Origin: Octopus vulgaris
Taxonomy: Eukaryota
Direction: 5' to 3'
NCBI GenBank assembly: GCA_951406725.2
Contig: OX597818.1
Span: 108,934,001-108,998,000 of the forward strand
Length of the DNA: 64,000 nucleotides
The number at the start of each line of letters is the position of its first letter. Positions within the stretch are counted from its first letter, which is position 1. The notes under the pieces were generated by a model. It saw only the letters and a list, made by a program, of their open reading frames with translations, did not search any database and was not told the DNA's origin. The translations under genes were made by a program, and so were the position numbers. Below, piece by piece: positions 59,903 through 64,000 of this stretch.

Positions 59903-60944
59903 AGATAAGGGCAAAAGAAAAATTCTAATGCCAAATATGCCGAAAAAAAGACAATGATTGTCAATAAACCATTATAATTTATGCGTCTCGAAACAAACCG
60001 ATAGAAATCTCTAAAAAATTCGTTATTACCATATTGGTCCAATTTCGGGGTTAATTCGTAAGAAATTTTCCCCTCTTCAGCGCCAAATATGTGAGATATA
60101 AGTGAAATACTTACTCATACCCATGGAAAAAGCAAGCACCAAGTCCTGAGCAGAACCAAGTACCCCAAATATATTCATTTTAGAAAAATCTTCGGCACAT
60201 CTCGAGACACGTGTGATTCAAACTAGAAACTTTCACAGAGTGATAGAATCTGGAAGTGAACACTATCCAATTTATAACTAATGTAGGATAAAAAATTTTT
60301 GGGGAAAAAAAATTTATCAATGGCCAGCATATCAAAAAATACCTTTAAAGGTTAAATTTATAAATAATTTACAAGATAAGGGCAAAAGAAAAATTCTAAT
60401 GCCAAATATGCCGAAAAAAAGACAATAATTGTCAATAAACCATTATAATTTATGCGTCTTGAAACAAACCGATAGAAATCTCTAAAAAATTTGTTATTAC
60501 TGTATTGGTCCAATTTCGGGGTTAATTCATAAGAAATTTCCCCCCTCTTCAGCGGCAAATACACAAGATATAAGTGAAATACTTACTCATACCCATGGAA
60601 AAAGCAAGCACTAAGTCCCGAGTAGAACCAAGTACCCCAAATATATCCAAAATAGATATTCGCGTAGTTGCCACTGAAGAGGGGAAAATTTCTTACGAAT
60701 TAACCCTGAAATGGGACCAATACGGTTATAACAAATTTTTAGAGATTTCTATTGGTTTGTTTCGAGACACATAAATTATAATGGTTTATTGACAATTATT
60801 GTCTTTTTTCAGCATATTTGGCATTAGAAATTTTCTTTTGCTCTAACTACTAAATTATTTATAAATTTAACCTTTATAGGTATTTTTTGATATGCTGGCC
60901 ATTGATAAAATTTTTTTCATGAAAAAAATTTTATCCTACACTAG

Positions 60945-60948
<4 letters not shown>
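59900..60948. mobile_element. Long-TIR foldback/MITE (60275-60948) preceded by a direct partial copy (59900-60172)
   Basis: ~290-bp inverted arms (about 60275-60565 / 60657-60948), termini TATAACTAATGTAGGATAAAA / TTTTATCCTACACTAGTTATA; 59900-60172 duplicates 60371-60643. Confidence 0.85.
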
Positions 60949-60984
<36 letters not shown>

Positions 60985-61044
60985 AGAAATTAAATATAAA
61001 ATATAAATTACAAAGTGGGACAAGAACACACATACATACATACA

Positions 61045-61200
61045 TACATACGATGGTCTTCTTTCAGTTTCTGTCTACAAAATACATTCACAAGATTTTG
61101 GTCAGCCCGAGACTATAGCAGAAGACACTTGCCCAAGGAGTGAACCCAAAACCAAGTGGCTGGGAAGCAAGCTTCTTATCACATAGCCATGCCTGCACCT
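61045..61200 (-). mobile_element. SINE family A 5' half
   Basis: Head and body motifs on the minus strand. Confidence 0.8.
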
Positions 61201-61202
61201 AT

Positions 61203-61251
<49 letters not shown>

Positions 61252-61255
<4 letters not shown>

Positions 61256-61591
61256 GAAGACCCCCTTCGGTCGTGAATGACCATGGGATTGCACCTAGAA
61301 AGTTACCCTCCTAGACACAAGTCCGGGCAAGGTTGTTTATGGAAGGCCAGCAGTCGTCCATGCATACCGGCCTCCCCTCTCCACGCCACCAGTGTTATCC
61401 AAGGGAAAGACAAAGGTCGATACAGCTTGGCACCTGTGACGTCGCAACTCATTTCTACAGCTGAGTGAACTGGAACAACGTGAAATAAAGTGCTTTGCTC
61501 GAGAACACAACACGCAGCCCGGTCCGGGATTCGAGCTCACAACCTCACGATCGTAAGCTCGACGCTCTAACCACTGAGCCATGCGCCTTCG
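61252..61591 (-). mobile_element. tRNA-derived SINE, family C, full length and young
   Basis: A-box TGGCTCAGTGGTTAGAGCG, B-box GCTCGAATCCC, central GTGTTCTCGAGCAAAGCACTTTA...CACTCAGCTGTAGAAATGAG; TA-repeat flanks. Confidence 0.9.
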
Positions 61592-61592
61592 C

Positions 61593-61624
<32 letters not shown>

Positions 61625-62574
61625 TATATATGTATGTAAAAGCATATCAAATATATATCTTACTATATAAAACAGTTTGTGGGTGTGTGTGTGTGTGCGT
61701 ACCTGCGTGTGTGCATGCCTGCATGGGTGCGTATGTTCTTTATGGATTCAAAAACTGAACTGCCAAATTCGACGTATGAGCTATCAAAAAATTCAGTAAT
61801 CTTTCAGTTACCAAATAAAGTATATTTGTTGCTCAACAACTCTGTTGTACTACAGAAATAACCTCAAAATTGAGGTTGGGTTGTACAATTTTGAGGTCTT
61901 TAGCTAAGGGAGGCAACTTTGCATGAACAATTTAGATAGAACATAATGAGAATATGTTTAAAATACAAGGAGTTTTTCCAGGGAATGAAACTTTGAAGAT
62001 ACACCATCAACTTCATTAGTATTATTTAATAGATAATCTTTTAATGTGTAGTATGTTTATGTTCTGTTTAACCCAGAGTTGTCTCTCATGTAGCTGACCC
62101 ATCACATAACTTTTGGGTTTTTTTTGCCTTCCTGAAATACTGTAAATCAGTGTCTTTCATTTGATGAAAGGGTTTGTTTTAAGAGAGATTTGGCTGCTAT
62201 TTGTAGTAGTTCAAGTTACCACAGACACACCTGTGTGTGTGTGTGTGTTTTGCTGTGGTGAAAAAATAGTTTTTCTCAGAATATTTTGCACAATAATTCT
62301 TAAAGAAATCTGGACATCTTTCTTACAGTTCAACTTCAAATTACAATTGCTAATTGTTGGAAGTGAAGTAGACTGAAATGTACATCATCCTGAATTTGGT
62401 AGACGGAAACTGCAGAGTTGTTCGTCTGAAAATGACCGAGAAACATGTTTATAAAGAAGAGTTGTTTGCTTCATACACCTCATGTGTTGATTCTGACCAT
62501 AAGAAAGGAACAAATAATACAATAACACCCGGGCAACGCCGGGGTGCATATCATATATGTGTGTGCATAATATG

Positions 62575-62614
<40 letters not shown>

Positions 62615-62617
<3 letters not shown>

Positions 62618-62755
62618 GAAATATACAGAAAAACAAAAGACAAAGACAGGTATATTAGTTTAATGCTTGGGAAGGTGAGAAAGTCTTTTATGTTTCGAGC
62701 CTACACTCTTCAACAGAAAGGAACACGAGGAAACAAACAGAGAGAGAATAAAAAA
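62615..62755 (-). mobile_element. Penelope-like pLTR-type repeat (third copy)
   Basis: Minus strand CCTTT-CTGTTGA-A-GAGT-GTAG-GCTC-GAAACATAAAAG. Confidence 0.58.
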
Positions 62756-62756
62756 A

Positions 62757-62802
<46 letters not shown>

Positions 62803-63044
62803 CATACATACATAGATAAGAAGAGCTTCTTTCAGTTTCTGTCGATCAAATCCACTAAAAAAAGCCATAATAGAAGACACCTGTTCAAGGTACCATGCAC
62901 AGGGACTGAACCCAGAACCATGATATAGGCCTACCCGTATGTTATTCATCTTTAACCAATCATAGAGACTCCAGTATTGATTCCAATGTTTCATATTCTA
63001 CAGACAGGCAGAGTTACCATTTTCGCTCAGCCTGAGTCCCGATG

Positions 63045-63482
63045 TGAAGGCAGTGAGTTTCACCAGGCAAAATGGTTGGTGGCATTTCGTACATCTTTAC
63101 ATTGTAAGTTCATATTCCACTGAGGTCAACTTTGCCTTTTGTCCTTTCAGGGTCAATAAAATAGGCACCAGTTGAACACTGGGGGGGGGGTTGATGTAAT
63201 CAACTTCCCCCTCCACAGAAATCGCTGACCTTGTGTGTCAAAATTTGAATCTCACATGAATCATGATGTCCTGTGTCAAACACAAAATTAGAAACTTGAA
63301 TGGCTAGATGGTTGCATGGACACACAAAAACACACACACACAGAGGGCCTCTGAATAATCTCCATCTACCAATTCTGCTCAAAAGGCATTGGTCTATAGT
63401 AGAAGACACCTGATGCAACATGTCATGCAGTGGGATTGAACCTGGGTCTCTGAAGTTACAAAACAAACAACTTAACCACAAC
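63045..63482. mobile_element. SINE B (+, 63045-63250) and SINE A (-, 63310-63482), diverged
   Basis: Family motifs. Confidence 0.75.
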
Positions 63483-63619
63483 CGTCTGTTTCTTAAACAT
63501 CAACAAAAGAATCACCATTTTCAAGGGGAGTTGAAGTCTCTGGTGAGGTTCATTGTTCAACAAATAAACTTAAATCCTATTAACCACAAGTTTGTACAAA
63601 GGTATAATAATGTAGGTTA

Positions 63620-63890
63620 ATCATCATCATCATTGGTTAACATCCGCTTTCCATGCTGGCATAGGTTGAACGGCTTCACTGGGGACTGGCAAGCCAGGAG
63701 GCTGCGCCAGGCTCCAGTCTGATCTGGCAGTGTTTCTATAGCTGGATGCCCTTCCTAACGCCAACCATTTCAAGAATGTAGTGGATGCTTTTTATGTGCC
63801 ACCGGCATGGGAGCCAGTCGGGCAGCACTGGCATCGGCCAGATTCGGATGGTGCTTTTTACATGCCACGAGCACAGGAACTAGTCGGGGC
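63620..63890 (-). mobile_element. RTE 3' UTR fragment
   Basis: (CAT)n then ccgctttccatgctggc...gctggatgcccttcctaacgccaacc. Confidence 0.88.
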
Positions 63891-64000
63891 GAGGGTGGGA
63901 GAGATGTCATAAAATTACAAAACAAGAGATACCACCACTGGATCCAATAGTCACCGTTGTACCATTTGTAATTTTCATGATCAACTGCAAGCGTAATAGA

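Noticed and set aside
61515-61591. tRNA gene
   Set aside because: A/B boxes continue into a SINE body and no proper acceptor stem is evident; the same applies to family A and B heads.
1-64000. Conserved bilaterian miRNAs, rRNA, snRNA
   Set aside because: None recognised by eye; an Rfam/MirGeneDB scan would be needed to exclude them.

Overview
AT-rich, microsatellite-dense eukaryotic DNA dominated by transposable elements. The repeat repertoire matches what I recall of octopus/coleoid cephalopod genomes; this is an inference from pattern recognition, not a database result. No multi-exon host protein-coding gene can be demonstrated, so the window looks intronic or intergenic, with at most one speculative minus-strand small-ORF exon pair near the left end. 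Contents: three tRNA-derived SINE families (many copies, one nested insertion with TSD); many RTE-clade LINE fragments, including a family with a C4HC3 PHD-type finger inserted inside the reverse transcriptase; a young 5'-truncated CR1-type LINE with an open 599-codon RT frame plus older CR1 pieces; R4/Dong-type LINE pieces tied to (AAT)n; a full-length but decayed Tc1 element with DD37E spacing and ~210-bp TIRs; two mariner relics; a TTAA piggyBac-type MITE; a long-TIR foldback element; and several Penelope-like repeats with inverted arms and variant minimal hammerhead-like motifs. Boundaries were read by eye and are approximate unless a TSD or TIR is given.
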